A stretch of 63,568 nucleotides of DNA, filler included, from Sluysia triapertura (Eukaryota): assembly GCA_046118255.1 (NCBI GenBank). It is 5 parts of 5 records of this genome, joined end to end, with 100 filler letters (N's around TTAATTAATTAA, not from the genome) between each part and the next. Parts side by side here need not be neighbours in the genome. Positions count along the whole stretch, not along the records: positions 25,664 to 39,263 come from JBJNIA010029831.1; positions 39,364 to 52,273 come from JBJNIA010073054.1; 3 more parts are not named here. One strand, 5' to 3'. The notes beneath the pieces were generated by a model. That model was not told the DNA's origin, made no database searches, and was given only the letters and a program-made list of their open reading frames with translations. The stretch's first letter is position 1. The number at the start of each line of letters is the position of its first letter. Positions 26,343-39,431 of this stretch are shown here, piece after piece. Position numbers and translations under genes: made by a program.

Positions 26343-28479
26343 CAGTCCGTTATATAAATATTAGGTCGAAAAAATTAAACAATTAATAATTAAAGACCAA
26401 TAATTATAATTAATACTTTCTATAAAGAAATAATTATTAATTTTTATAAAGAAATCATTATTGTAAATTTTATTTGGAAAAATTTAATACGGTAAATTTT
26501 ATTGATAGTTAAATCTTATTATTTCATTAATATTAAATGTTTTGAATTTCATTTTATAGTACGAGTTTCTTAATAATTGCTACCCTTAGTTAATTTGTTG
26601 CATGGTCAACTTTATTCTGTAAATAAACATATACATATAATCTTATTCTGGTTTATATTCCGAGTATTGCTGTGGATATATAATAACTTAACCTATGCAA
26701 TAAAGAATTTAATTTTTGTATCCCATCTATAGCGATTGGCTTATGATCTACTGGTGGGAACCCTATAGGATAGTAACAAAAAAATTAAATAGTTTAAAAT
26801 AAGACCCTTAAGTGGAACGTGTGACTACATTAAATATCTATATTTGCATGGTCAATAAGTTGTGAGTTTTTGCTTTTATGCTACATTGCCATTTTTTAAC
26901 CTCTATCTTTTTCTCAAATTGAATCTAATGAATTAAACAAAGTTATCTCTAAATAGATCAAAGTCCGTAATGAGTTTATATCAAAGATATACCATAGATA
27001 TGTTTTTACGTAATGTATTGCGCATGCAGTAAATAGTTATTTGAATGAATTATTCTACAAAAAAGGTATCGATAACTTCATAATTTAATAAACGCTTCAC
27101 AATTAACAACTATGAAAATTCAGTACAAAAATCTGCACAAACAATGGTTATATCAAGAATATAATGGAAACATTTCAATGACATACTGATCAATAGTTTT
27201 CGAAAAATTATTTTTTAATATAACAAATCTATATAAAGTAATAGTTCTTGTTTTACATTGTTTTTATTAAAATGTTCAAAATTAAAATATGTTTAAATTA
27301 TCCAAAAGTATATTTCGAAAAGCACTTTTTCTATCAAATAAATATTTATCCTTAGTATTATGTCATTTTGTTTAAACGAAATTATTTATCTTTAATGCTA
27401 GTAATGTACGAAAAAATTAAAAATATTTTAGACAAATGAACGGTAAAAAATGGTTACTTCACTTCAAAACTTATGAAAACTTCGTAAAGTTGTTTGTTTC
27501 ACATTAAACGCACACCGTCGGTCTATCTATACCAAGTCTTACTAGCACGGGTCCAATGACCCATTTCTATAAAATCATATCGTTTATGTTATACATTGTA
27601 GGGATATCATATCAAAATATTAACAATTAATCACATCAAAACATATCATACAAGCTACTTGACTCATTCAAAAAACAGACATAATCATTGTACATAATTA
27701 TCATGAACTATAGTTATTGTTATTATAAATCCAATCGTATTCATATATATAATAATAATTATCATTATTCTCATATAATATGATTACCATGATTGTCATA
27801 TAAAAACATCACAATATCATTAAATCATCATATTAAACTATAATAATGACATTGTTATCATTATTATTCTTTTATCTTTACTATTGACATTTTTTATTCT
27901 TGCGTTTGTATAAATTTATATATATTTATATGTGTGCGTCTGAAAAGTATATGTCGAAAAAACATAATCTAATAATCAAAATACATCAACTTGTAACTAA
28001 AAGACCACACAGGAGCGACCTGCTTCTATAGTGCTTGTAATCAGTGCATGTATTATTGTCAACTATCATATCTAGTCATATACGGAAATTATAGAAACGT
28101 CTGAAGAATCTGAAATTATAAAATAATTATGTACAAATACATAATGAGTGACAATTCATCTTCCAGATCAGGCATTGTTTTTATCAGAAGACATCACCAT
28201 ATCAGAAACAAATGTATATTCTGTGGAAGCTGCCAATCGGAATTTATTAAATTGTATGACCAACTCAAATGAATACGAGAACAATAAAAAAATAACCTTA
28301 AATCACCTCATCAGTTAATGTTACATCACAACAGTTTACGGAAACCAGCGATCGTCTACAATCGTTTTATCAAGTTCATATACCATCATATCAAGCCAGA
28401 GATATTGAATCAATGCTTGCTGATAGCAGTTTAAGTAAATTAACTTCTGATCAAGCGAAAGAAAACAGTCAAATTACGA

Positions 28480-29049
28480 AGTATGACAAGAAATGACTTA
28501 TTTATTCATAATGCCGAAATAGTCCAATTGCAATTATATGCTTGATAAAAAATCCAATTAAATCGTTAATACCACTAATTGCAACAATTTTAGATCATTT
28601 TGGTGTATTTAATTGGAAGAATTTATTCGGTGTTAATACTCTCGATGTCGTTCGTGCTATTCGTATTATATCTCTCGAAGAAATTGAAGCCGCGTGCAAA
28701 TATTAACAATATTGATGTAAACAATTCTAGAGGCTAAAGAAGGATACGATGAATCTACACTCAGTATGGCATGGACAGGATACCGTTTTATTGGATCGAT
28801 ATTAGCAGCGACGGATGGATTATTGGGAGTAACTGAAGTATCTTTTGTCAAGTCAAATGATATTTATTATGTGAATTATTTTCTACACCATTATTGATTG
28901 GGAAAGAAGGCATTATTCAAAGTCTGGGTATTGGTCAGTTGACAGAATATGAAATGGTTATGCTTGAAGCTGCCGTATCGATTTTGAAACTTGATATTGA
29001 AGTTGGTAAGCGATATGCTCAAAGCTATCTTCAGAAACTAAACAGCTGA
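28480..29049 (+). pseudogene. Mitochondrial malate dehydrogenase (MDH2-like) intronless pseudogene with internal deletions
   Basis: Pieces: MTRNDLFIHNAE; SPIAIICLIKNPIKSLIPLIATILDHFGVFNWKNLFGVNTLDVVRAIRIIS; ILEAKEGYDESTLSMAWTGYRFIGSILAATDGLLGVTEVSFVKSND; TPLLIGKEGIIQSLGIGQLTEYEMVMLEAAVSILKLDIEVGKRYA...*. These are colinear with MDH2 (MTRDDLF, NPVNS, FGVTTLD.VRA, SATLSMA, FSTPLLLG). Frameshifted, and the catalytic GGH segment is missing. Confidence 0.9.
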
Positions 29050-30914
29050 AATTAAATTATTTATAAATGAATTAGTATAAATAAAATATTAAATTTTTAT
29101 GAAATATTTTTAGATTCCTATACGTAATAATACATAATAATTTTATATATATATGGAAATGAAAAAAATCAATTAACGTTGTAAATGAAATGTTAAATAG
29201 AAATGATTTCAGTATTTTGATAAAAGAATCATTTAATGCTTTTAGTTTTATTTCGTGTGTCGTTAAAAATTTCTACAAGGAAATTACATCCAAATACAAT
29301 GTCATTTATTTAAAGTTAACTCTTAAATTTATATTCCTGGCCAGTTTTGCAGTATTATTGACTATAACTTTGACTTAACTCTAAGATTTATATTTTATTT
29401 TTCAATTATAGTTACATACTTTTTCACTCCATTTATCAAGAAAACAAACGAAATAAAAAATTTGGACTTCATTATGGTGTTGTTTTATTATTTATTTTAT
29501 TATATACGCTATCGAAAGTAATTAATGTTTCAATTTATTATGAATTTTTCCCTTTCCTTTCAGTAAATTTTATCTTGTTTTGTATCACCAGTCTTAGTTT
29601 TAATTTACTAATAAGTATATTTATCATATCATACGGATTCATATTATTCGAGGCACGTTTATTATGGCTAGAGACATTTTTATCTGAATAACAAAAAATA
29701 GATATTAATTTAAAATATTCAACCTATGCAACGTATAATATAGTTCAATTGTCAAATTTCGATGATTTTGGAAACGCGTCATCCGAATACTCACTCGGTG
29801 TGACTTGTACCTGCCACCAACTTTTTTCAATTATCATAAGTATGATTATATGTGTTTTTACAACATTTTATTGTTTTCTTAATAAACTTTTAAACTTTGT
29901 TGATATTTTGTTAATTTTTATCTTTAAGAGGCCTTAAAACTAGTTTATTAATTAAGAAGTTTATTATTGTGTTAATTTTTTTAAAGTTAAAATTAAATTG
30001 TTTTGTGTTAGGCAAATTCTTTAACTTTTCTAATTTAAATTTTAAAATAAAAAATTAAATATTTATAATAAATTTCTAAAAGAAAAAGCCCTCCCCACAC
30101 TTACGGTTGACGCACAACGTATTAATGAAGAATACTCTTGTGAGAAATAGATTTATTATTTAATAAATTTTATCGTTAAATTAAGTTGACAAATTACGTT
30201 ATTAGTATAATAGCAATGTAACAATGATTTTAAATTTTAATTAGGTGATATTAAGAAGATAAGGTGATTGTTTATCACAAATCCCATTATCTTTAGATAA
30301 TTAAAATGAGATTGAATTTGAACATAGACTAGAATTGCTGCCGAGATTCATTCAGTAAAATTAGTCGGCTTATTACCGACTAAAAGAGAATAGACAGCTT
30401 TAACTTCCGTCTTGTTCACTTTCTGATTTTTAATTTCCTAAAAGCATTATAAACTGCTATATAAGCAGTTACATTTTTGCATAAAGTTAAAAAAGTAAAG
30501 AGATAGAGCTAAGAATTAAGAAGATTAAAGAAAACTTTCTAGCTGTAGGGACTCTGCTTCAGTTCATCATTGGATAACAGTGGAACTGAAATTATTTCTT
30601 TAGCACTCATTTAAAATTAAATAGTTTAGTATAAAGTAGGAATTAAAGTTAGTGAATTATTTTGTATTGATTATATTTTATATTAATACGAGTGCGTAAA
30701 TTTAAATAAGCTTATGATTTGTTTTCAAAACATAATTTACTTTATTGAAAAAATAATTTATATTGATATTGCTATAAAGAATAATTTATATCTTTTAGTT
30801 GTAATTTTGTGATAATTCAAAAAATATGTCGAGATTCTGAATTTGTTTAATCATTGAGTTTTAAATGATAATTTGTAAAATAAAAAAGTAAAAAGACACA
30901 ACAATACAAATTCA

Positions 30915-31950
30915 ACAGCATCTATCTGAACCAACCCCAATCCTACATGGAGTCAAACAGGGTTATCCGTTGTCCATGACGCTATTCTGTTTAGCAGTAT
31001 ATTTCTTGTTTCGACAACTCACCGACAGTGATACAATAAAAGTGAACAACCTGAACTTCCCTCCATACTTCCACATGCTAATGATATTGCTGTTATCAGC
31101 ACTAGCCTAGACAAACTGCAACATACTATCAATAAAATTATCGAATGTGCAAAATCCGCGAACTTGATTTTCCAAATGTTACTACTATAACAACGTTCAA
31201 TTCACTCTCTTCTGACTGGGAAGTTCCTATCCCCGCGTCAAGACAACGAAGCAGACACTTTATCTTGGCATCCCTTTTGGTGACATCAAACGCCAGTCCA
31301 GTGACGATCTATTGAATGAAAATATCAAGTTCACTGAATTAATAGGTCAATCGAACATGTATCGAAACTTTATTCAATTCCGACTCCTATTTCATCTGCG
31401 GAACCTGTATGTCAACGTTCAGATATTGAGAATGATTCATCCCATTCGCTGTGATGAAATATTTTGTGAAATACTGAAACAATATCTTCGTATCAGAAAC
31501 TATTCTCTAAACAGAAGCTTCTTCCGGGCACACAAAAACCATGGCGGACTTGGCTTAACCTCGGCGTACGACGACTACATGTGCATTCCACCTACTCAAC
31601 AGCCACATTCCCATTATATGCACTCTGGCTCATCACGAGGTCATAAAAGCAACCAATATCTCAATGAATAAAAGCATCGAAACCATAGCCCAAACACTAT
31701 GGCTCAATGGAGAACCTGTGGACAAACGTGCCAGACTACAAACCTGGTGGTCTAAGAACCACATTTCAATCAAGAACCTAGACGGAAATACAAAATCAAA
31801 GCTTCATTTGTCTACTCCAACGATTCCAATGATGTCCAGCTATCACTACAATCAGACATCCTCATAGTTAACCCCATCATTATTAGCTAATACCCCAAAA
31901 ACAAAATTGGCAAGTACCTCCATGAGTTAATTAGTACTTGCATTACGCAC
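30915..31950 (+). mobile_element. Non-LTR retrotransposon (LINE) reverse transcriptase fragment, degenerate
   Basis: SEPTPILHGVKQGYPLSMTLFCLAV (RT GVxQGxPLS), PHANDIAVIS (decayed YADD), YLGIPFG, and FFRAHKNHGGLGLTS (thumb GGLG). Frameshifted. Right boundary approximate. Confidence 0.88.
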
Positions 31951-34900
31951 GAATGTAAGTTTCGAAAATGACTGGGAATCTGAGTCGAGTGCCTAATGCA
32001 CAACCCAATATTCAACATGTGTCTCAAACTCGACATCGAAAATTAGACCTGGTTTTTGGGGAATTGGTAAGTTTTACATAAAATGTAGAATGATTTATTA
32101 AGTTAAAAATTAATTCAGCAAATTTTATTAAAATTAAATTTTATTGCTTCTTTTTATTGGTTTAACAAAGCATAAATGTACAAAATAATTTTTAAAATAA
32201 TTGTTTATTATTATTAACGATAAAATGAAGAGTATTGAATAAGATAAAATATTTATTAACATAACATGTAAATGATTTTTATAATTTGAATTTCGTAATG
32301 TTTATCATATTACCTTCACGAAACATAGCCTACAAATTAAGTGATTTTATTCCAACATTATAATTATAAAAAAAAATCATACGATTGCGTCGCCTTAAGC
32401 GTAAACCGTATATCACAGGTGAACTCGTAATAGCTTACATTTGTACGTTAGGTTTAATAGGTAATTTCTAAAATAAACAGTGCAATTTTACTTACTCAAT
32501 ATAATTTTCATGTTTTAGAAAATAACTAGTGAAATATACATTCATGCCCATTGGTAGGCGGAAGGTTAAATCTGTAATTACATTAGCATATGTCATAGAA
32601 TATTAAAAATACTTTATTTTAATATTTATAATTTTTAGTAGCGTTTCTGTGAAATATTTTTTTTGAAAGAATGTGAATTAAATAAAATAAAAGTCTTACT
32701 ATAATTATAATTTTTATAATAATAAGTTAAAAGTTTTTATTTCATATATTAAATTATATTTTTATAACATTGCTCAATTAAGTTTTCACGACAAAGATTT
32801 GTTTAAAATCATCAAATTATTTTGAGCGCCATATTGGTTATTTCTTTGCCAATTTTTGTTAATCATTGTTTTTGTTATTAAATGCATGAGTGAAAGACAT
32901 GGGTAGTGAGATGATTTGGTTATTACATCTCAGTACTTGTGTCTTTTTGTCATGCAGTTTAATGGACTTCTATATTTTCATTTGGTTGGGTTCCAGCGTG
33001 CTATGGTGTATCGTCAAATAGGTTATATCACAGCCCCGCTTGGAACGCTTATAAATGATAAATCATCAATGATATAAATTTTAATTTATTTTATGGTACT
33101 TTGGCGATGGAACTCAATAATAATGTAGTATTTATGAGGTTATTTAACATGTGGTCATTGGGCAATCTAAGCATTATAATGATAAATGAAGGATCTGGTA
33201 AATTCTTTATTATTTCATATCCTTATTAATTACTTATTGAATATTACATTTTTATATTAAGGTTAAAGGCTTGAAGCAATAGACATTAAATTGAACTGGT
33301 ATCTTGAAATTTATTTGTCTAGATATGGTTATGCTGACAAGGTGCTTGCTGTCAATTGTTATGAGGTATTGGTTAATATATTTAACTACATTTTATTAAC
33401 TTTAAGTAAATCATCCATGCGAAACTAAATCTACCAATGATTGTAATCAATTTCAATAGTGCATAGCGTTAAATTTGGTGATATTAAGTTTTGCTTGTGT
33501 TGAATGTGAATTTAATCTTGATTAAACTAAATTTTTAGGATTACAAGTCTGAAAAAAATGAACTTTTACGTCATGACTCAGCATAAAGTTGGGTATGGTT
33601 TTAGTACAAATACAAAAGTAATTTTTCAATGTAAATATTGATGATTAACATTTGAATTAAATAACTAAATAGTGCATCGGATAGACTGAAATTGAACAAA
33701 ATAGTGTATTTAAAGGTTATATTGAAGTAGTAAAACAACTTATGAATTTAATGCTTACAAGTCATAATATTGTATCAGTGAACAAAAGAAATTTTAAAAG
33801 CCATCTTTCACATGATAACTAATTAATAAAATTATGAAATAAAAATGAGGATGGCACTTGACATTAGTTTATTAACTGCTATTATTTGCCAATGACATGT
33901 TTGATCAATAATAGTGATATTGAAGCTTTGTAAAACTAAATAAAGTTCTCGTTTTCTCAGTTGCACAATTTTCTTTGAATAACTGCAAATCTATTAAGTG
34001 GGATTAAAGATTAATTCGTGATCTTTAATGATAGATAAATAATAGTGATACACTGTTATTCAAATGTGTGGTCTTGTGTCTGTTTAGTAAATTATTTTAA
34101 TGCTTTTAATTTGATTTATGGTGCGAGTTGATGGTGTTACCAACCGTTATCAATATTGTTATTGGTTATTTCAGATGAATTGTATAATTAAGACTTATAT
34201 GTAATGTGAAAAATGTGGATATATTAGCTTGTGACATGAAAGTGTATTAATATATTAACTGTAAGAATGTTGTTACACTTGAGGTTTTATCGTGGCAGCT
34301 CCCTCTTGTATTTTATGTACTTGAATTCGAACCGTCTGTCCTGATATTAGAGTGAAAGTAAAAGCTAAAACTTCTGAATATATAACAATAAAACAGTGAA
34401 ATGTACTCGAACAACTAGTTTTACGATGAGTAACTAAACGGAAATGATTTTTAATTTAAAAGATATTTACTTTCATTAAGTAAATTTGTGAAATTTAAGG
34501 ATTAAAATTTATAGTCAATAAATGAATATAAAATTTGATCAATCCGCGAATTATTGTAAATAACTTCAACAATTATATTAAGAAAAATATTTAGTAAAAT
34601 AGATGAAATTTTAGAACAGATATTCTAGTGGAAAAGGTTTATTAATTTAAGCAAGATTTTAAGTCTTCATTTAGGGAAAACAACTTGTGATGTTTGGTTG
34701 AAATAGAAATCGTTGAATAATATTCCGGATCGAGCACCATGGTTATTTGTTTAATCGAATTCGTTATATTGTCGTTAAATATTCCAAATAAAGAACCATG
34801 TTCGTTATTAAACATGAATTAATATTTCTGGTTAATTATATAACTGTTCTTGAATTTTTGTTTCTAATTTCAGTTATCTCTGTATATATTAATTTACGAA

Positions 34901-35612
34901 TTATATCTACCTTATCAAAATATGGCGATATTTCTGCAAATAATATGAATGTCATTCAACTAAATTGATTTATTATATTGTTTGTAGATGCGTGCTTTCG
35001 CTCTTTGCAAGTAGTAACTATATTTTAGAAAAATTTAAATTAAAATTAAATAAAATACCAATAAACTACTAAATTATCAAATCATAGGTCGTCTCTAGAT
35101 ACATCTGTTATGTTATTGTACTCTTGTTCGTCATGCAATCATTGTTGAATTTTACAGTTTCACTTACATAAGTCATTAGAAAATCCATTGAGGATTAAAC
35201 GAACAATAACATAAAAATTGATTAATTATTAACCGGTATTTCCTTTCGATTTAATTTTACTTAAATTATTTCTCAAATTAAAATAACTATCATCATTATT
35301 GTGTCAAAGTTCCTGAATAGCGATGATAATAATGTGTTTTATGTAAAAAGATTTGTGCAAAAAATTTTAATCGAATATTTTTTTACTTAATTGATAATTA
35401 TGTAAATTCAAATTTTTCTAAATTAAATTAAATAATTAAGTGAGATAAAAACAAATTGCTATCAAACCAAGTAATATATATAAGCGCGAGTATTTTACAT
35501 AAAACTCGGACACAAAAAATCAGCACAATGAAAAGATTTTTTAAGTGGTATCTGTTGGGGATAAAAGGGCCATTTGGTAAAATTGAATATAATAAAATAA
35601 AATTGTTAGATG

Positions 35613-35686
35613 GGGCTGATAGCTCAGTGGTAGAGCAATCGAACTGCGCAGCGATGGTCCTAAGTTCGAGATCCCTCGTCAGTCCA
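35613..35686 (+). tRNA. tRNA-like (Ala- or Cys-derived) pseudo-tRNA, second copy
   Basis: GGGCTGATAGCTCAGTGGTAGAGCAATCGAACTGCGCAGCGATGGTCCTAAGTTCGAGATCCCTCGTCAGTCCA, then TTTT. Same acceptor stem and flanks as 15530-15601; the T arm is degraded. Confidence 0.7.
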
Positions 35687-36074
35687 TTTTACGAAGTCTA
35701 ACATATCGTTATTTATCAAACTCTTCGGTGCGGCAAATCATTAAACTATTGTCAACAATTTTCTTCTTTACGTGGTATTTCTGTTCTACATTGGATCTCC
35801 ATGATAATAATTACGTAGCATTATCGTCTATGCTGTGAAAACTCATACAGTTAGGTCGTCTTGAGATTACTGATAAATAATTTTAAATAAAATTTAAGTT
35901 AATTAATGTAAGGTTTCCTATAAAATCACTTGTATTTACGCAGGCTTAAGTCCAGTAACAAATTGGATACACCAGAGAGATCTGATGCAACAAATTACTA
36001 TTATTAATTTTTTTGCTCAATTGATTTTTGTTCAAGAAGTTTATTTTATATTTCGATATATAATATTTTTGCCT

Positions 36075-36950
36075 TGTTAGATTGTCATCACGACCCTCAA
36101 AAATTTAAGTAAAATGCTTTAAAATTATTTAAAAATCAATTAAAATCATATAATTCTTTAAAATGGGTTTAAAAATAATTATTTTCCAAAAAATAAAATA
36201 AAATTTCGAAAAAATAAAATTAGCTTCTAAAAATAGAATATAAGCTTCTAGAATGTTCTAGAATATTCCATTGATTTTCATTGGCTGATGATTAATATAT
36301 AAACTAGCTTTAGTTTAATGAAAATCGCCATTTTAATCATCTCCATATTGAAAATTTAGGTATCATAAATTCAAGGATTTGCAGTTGTTTTCAAGATTTT
36401 CGAATTCCGTGTCAAAAGTAATTAATTTTTTATAAGTCAATGTCATTTTGTTCAATAACATTAATATCGTAAAATATACTCAACATCCAAATTTCTAATA
36501 AAATGTAAGGTTTTTCCGATATATTGAGGGCTAAAAAATACAGGAAAGATCATATTTAATCAAAAGTTAAAGACTGAAAATCAGTTTTAACTGTAATAAG
36601 CTTTTATTTATTTGAATTTTATTTTCCTCTTGCAATCTTTTAAGCCTTGTAATTTGTATTGTACAATTTTTTTATTTAATAAAGCTTCGAATTTTTAGTT
36701 TTGTTTGTGGTATTAATATTTGTAATTATACTTAATAAGTATTTGACCCTCAAGCATTAAGCTTGATTATAAGGTAATATTATTATTAAGGTAACTATTA
36801 ACTTATTTAGTTGCAGAACTACCAACTATGCGTTGTAAGACGTTTACTGTAACCGGACCATGTCAAAAATTATTAAACGTAGGTTAGGAGTTAGAAAAAC
36901 TACAGCACATTAGTCATTTGTATATTGTAATAATGTAATATTTATAAGAT
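36075..36950 (+). mobile_element. LTR-like repeat family A (solo-LTR-like copy)
   Basis: Starts TGTTAGATTGTCATCACGACCC, has ATTGGCTGATGATTAATATATAAAC at ~36280, and its 3' part matches 60575-60670. Right end approximate. Confidence 0.7.
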
Positions 36951-37574
36951 CTTGTTTGTTGAAATATTAAAATATATTTGTTAAATTAATTTAATAAAAA
37001 ATTGTTTAAATTGATAAGTTAGTGAAAAAAGTTTGCTCATGATAAAATAGTTTTAGAATTAGTGTGAAATGCTGAATCTTATTAGTATTTTTTTAATGTT
37101 GAAATGTTACGAAGCACGAAAAATTAGTTATTCTAATTAGTTTTTATAATCCAAAATTAAAACGTTGGAGGTCGATTGATTATATCAAATTTATTTTAAT
37201 TTTTACTTATTGGTTAAATGTTAAATTGTTAATTTTAATTTTTTCTTATTGTTAAAATGCTAGATGAGCTAATATTTAATTCTAGTTACAATCCAGGTTT
37301 AGTTTCAGCTTTAAAGCGAGATTAAGGTGTGTTATAAACAGTTTATACAATGTGTGTGAGTCCACATACGATCCTAGGCTTACGAGTTACGGCTAGTTCG
37401 TATGATAGACAAATTCGAATGATATGTTTAATGATGGAGATATTTTGCTATGGAACCTTTAGAAAATTATAATTTGTTTTGATTTTACAAAGGTGAGATT
37501 ATAGTTATTTGAGTTTATTAATAATTTGAATATTAATATCGATGATTTTTCTATAACTTCAAGAAGTTTATTTT

Positions 37575-37905
37575 GATTCTGAAATCGAATCTTTTAAATG
37601 GATTCCTAAATTAAACCCTATGAATAAAATACAAATTTTACTAAGGTTCTTCAATTTAACCTATTAAAATAAAATGTAATTGATTAATTTAAATTTATCA
37701 ATGAAATTACGAAGATTCTTAAATTGATCCTGTTAAAATAAATTACGATGAATTTAAATTTGTGAATAAGTTTACTACGTTTTCTAAACTGAACCTCTAT
37801 AAATAAGTTTATTACGGCTCTTAAACTGAACGTGTAGAAATGAATTGAACGAGTTTTATTGAAATATGTAATTAATTTAGCTTAGATTCTTAAATTGAAC
37901 CTAAG
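37575..37905. repeat. Irregularly spaced array of ~7 inverted-repeat motifs, consensus AGRTTC-TTAAAYT-GAAYCT
   Basis: Copies at ~37575, 37600, 37644, 37713, 37778, 37815 and 37881. Confidence 0.7.
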
Positions 37906-38699
37906 GAAACACAAAATTCTTTTCTTTCAAAAATAAATAATTGATTTTACTCAATATGATAACTAAAAGAGATTTATATATTTCAAATTGACTAACAATT
38001 AAGTTTATTAAAATATATAATAAACCAATGAAGAATATAACTTAGCTTATAAATGAAAGATAAATATATTGACACGATTAATCTTTTTCTAAGGTTAATC
38101 AAAGTATTATTTATTTTAAAAAATAGTTGAAATTAAGTCTATTAAATAGTTAATGAAAGTTTTATTAAGATTTAAAGTAAAACTTTGTAAACATGTACAA
38201 AACTTAAATTAAGAAAAACAAACGATACAAAACTCAAAGAATTAATTAATAATCACTATGGATAAATCAAAGTTGTCTGTATATTTGACTAATTAAATTG
38301 TTGTTTGATAAAAATTATCAGTCGATATTTTAAACTGATACTTGTTTGCAGAAAGTTTTATAGAAAAACAAAAAAATAGCTTTAACCAAAATTTTTCAAT
38401 TGAGTTGCATATTAGTTTAATTTTTCTTTTATAGTTTCTTGTAAGGTCTAATGTTTTTGCTGACTAATGATCTCTGCTGGTTCCTATTTAACTTAAAAGA
38501 TTTCGTACTGATGATTCATAGCTTGAACAGTTTTGTACCTCTATAATTATTTTGCATTTTAATAATAATTTTTTTACAATTTTAATATTTTTTATTTAAA
38601 ATTTTAATTTAATATTTATAATACTTATCTTTTCAAAATAAGACTAATAAACTAAAATATTATTGCGTCTTTAAAACTTGTTAAATATTAAACTCACTA

Positions 38700-39010
38700 T
38701 TATTATCTTGATCATTTTAAACTTTAATAATTTTAATAGTTAGTATATCAAGTATAATTTTATCGTGATCTACTTTTATAACTATATCAATAACTATTAT
38801 CCCAAATCCAAATTCTTGGAATCAAAATCAAAACTAAGTCGATAATGTACTATTAAACACAAAATTCGTAATACAATGTATTATTAATGAAAATCTTTAC
38901 TAAATTCTGATAATCACTCAAATGACAAAAATGACAATAATGTTTATATTATTATAATAATATAATAATAAAAAATCCAATTAAAATAAAACAGCAGGAG
39001 TGACGCAACA
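38700..39010 (-). mobile_element. LTR-like repeat family B copy
   Basis: The minus strand starts TGTTGCGTCACTCCTG and aligns with 7511-7740. Confidence 0.55.
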
Positions 39011-39263
39011 ACCAAAAAGAATTGGATATCCAGAAAGTTTAGAATATTAATCTTAAATCAAAATATTTTAAAAATAAATTGGGCAGAGTGTTGTCTCTAA
39101 AATTACTGTAAAATAGCTGAAAATCAACGGTAATTTTAAATACAATTCTTATCAAAAATTGTGCAGAGAGTGGCCTCTAAGATTACTGTAAAATAATGTA
39201 ATATTAAAATTATCCGAATTAAAATATAATTAGTTAATAATATTATTCTAATAAAATAATAAA

Positions 39264-39363
39264 NNNNNNNNNNNNNNNNNNNNNNNNNNNNNNNNNNNNN
39301 NNNNNNNTTAATTAATTAANNNNNNNNNNNNNNNNNNNNNNNNNNNNNNNNNNNNNNNNNNNN
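39264..39363. other. Artificial contig spacer (44 N + TTAATTAATTAA + 44 N)
   Basis: Same 100-nt spacer. Confidence 0.95.
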
Positions 39364-39431
39364 TTATGAGCGGGGCGGGTATTAGTACCCGTTTTATGTA
39401 CTGTCACTTAAGAATACCCGCTCATAATGTG
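39364..39431. mobile_element. Very small piggyBac-like MITE, left TIR cut by the contig edge
   Basis: TTATGAGCGGG...CCCGCTCATAATGTG|TTAA. The TIR resembles that of 25147-25332. Confidence 0.6.

Noticed and set aside
26132-26386. ORF with a poly-Asn tract
   Set aside because: The frame is open because of the (AAT)n microsatellite; no protein features.
35456-35701. 81-aa ORF
   Set aside because: It is a translation through the tRNA-like cassette.
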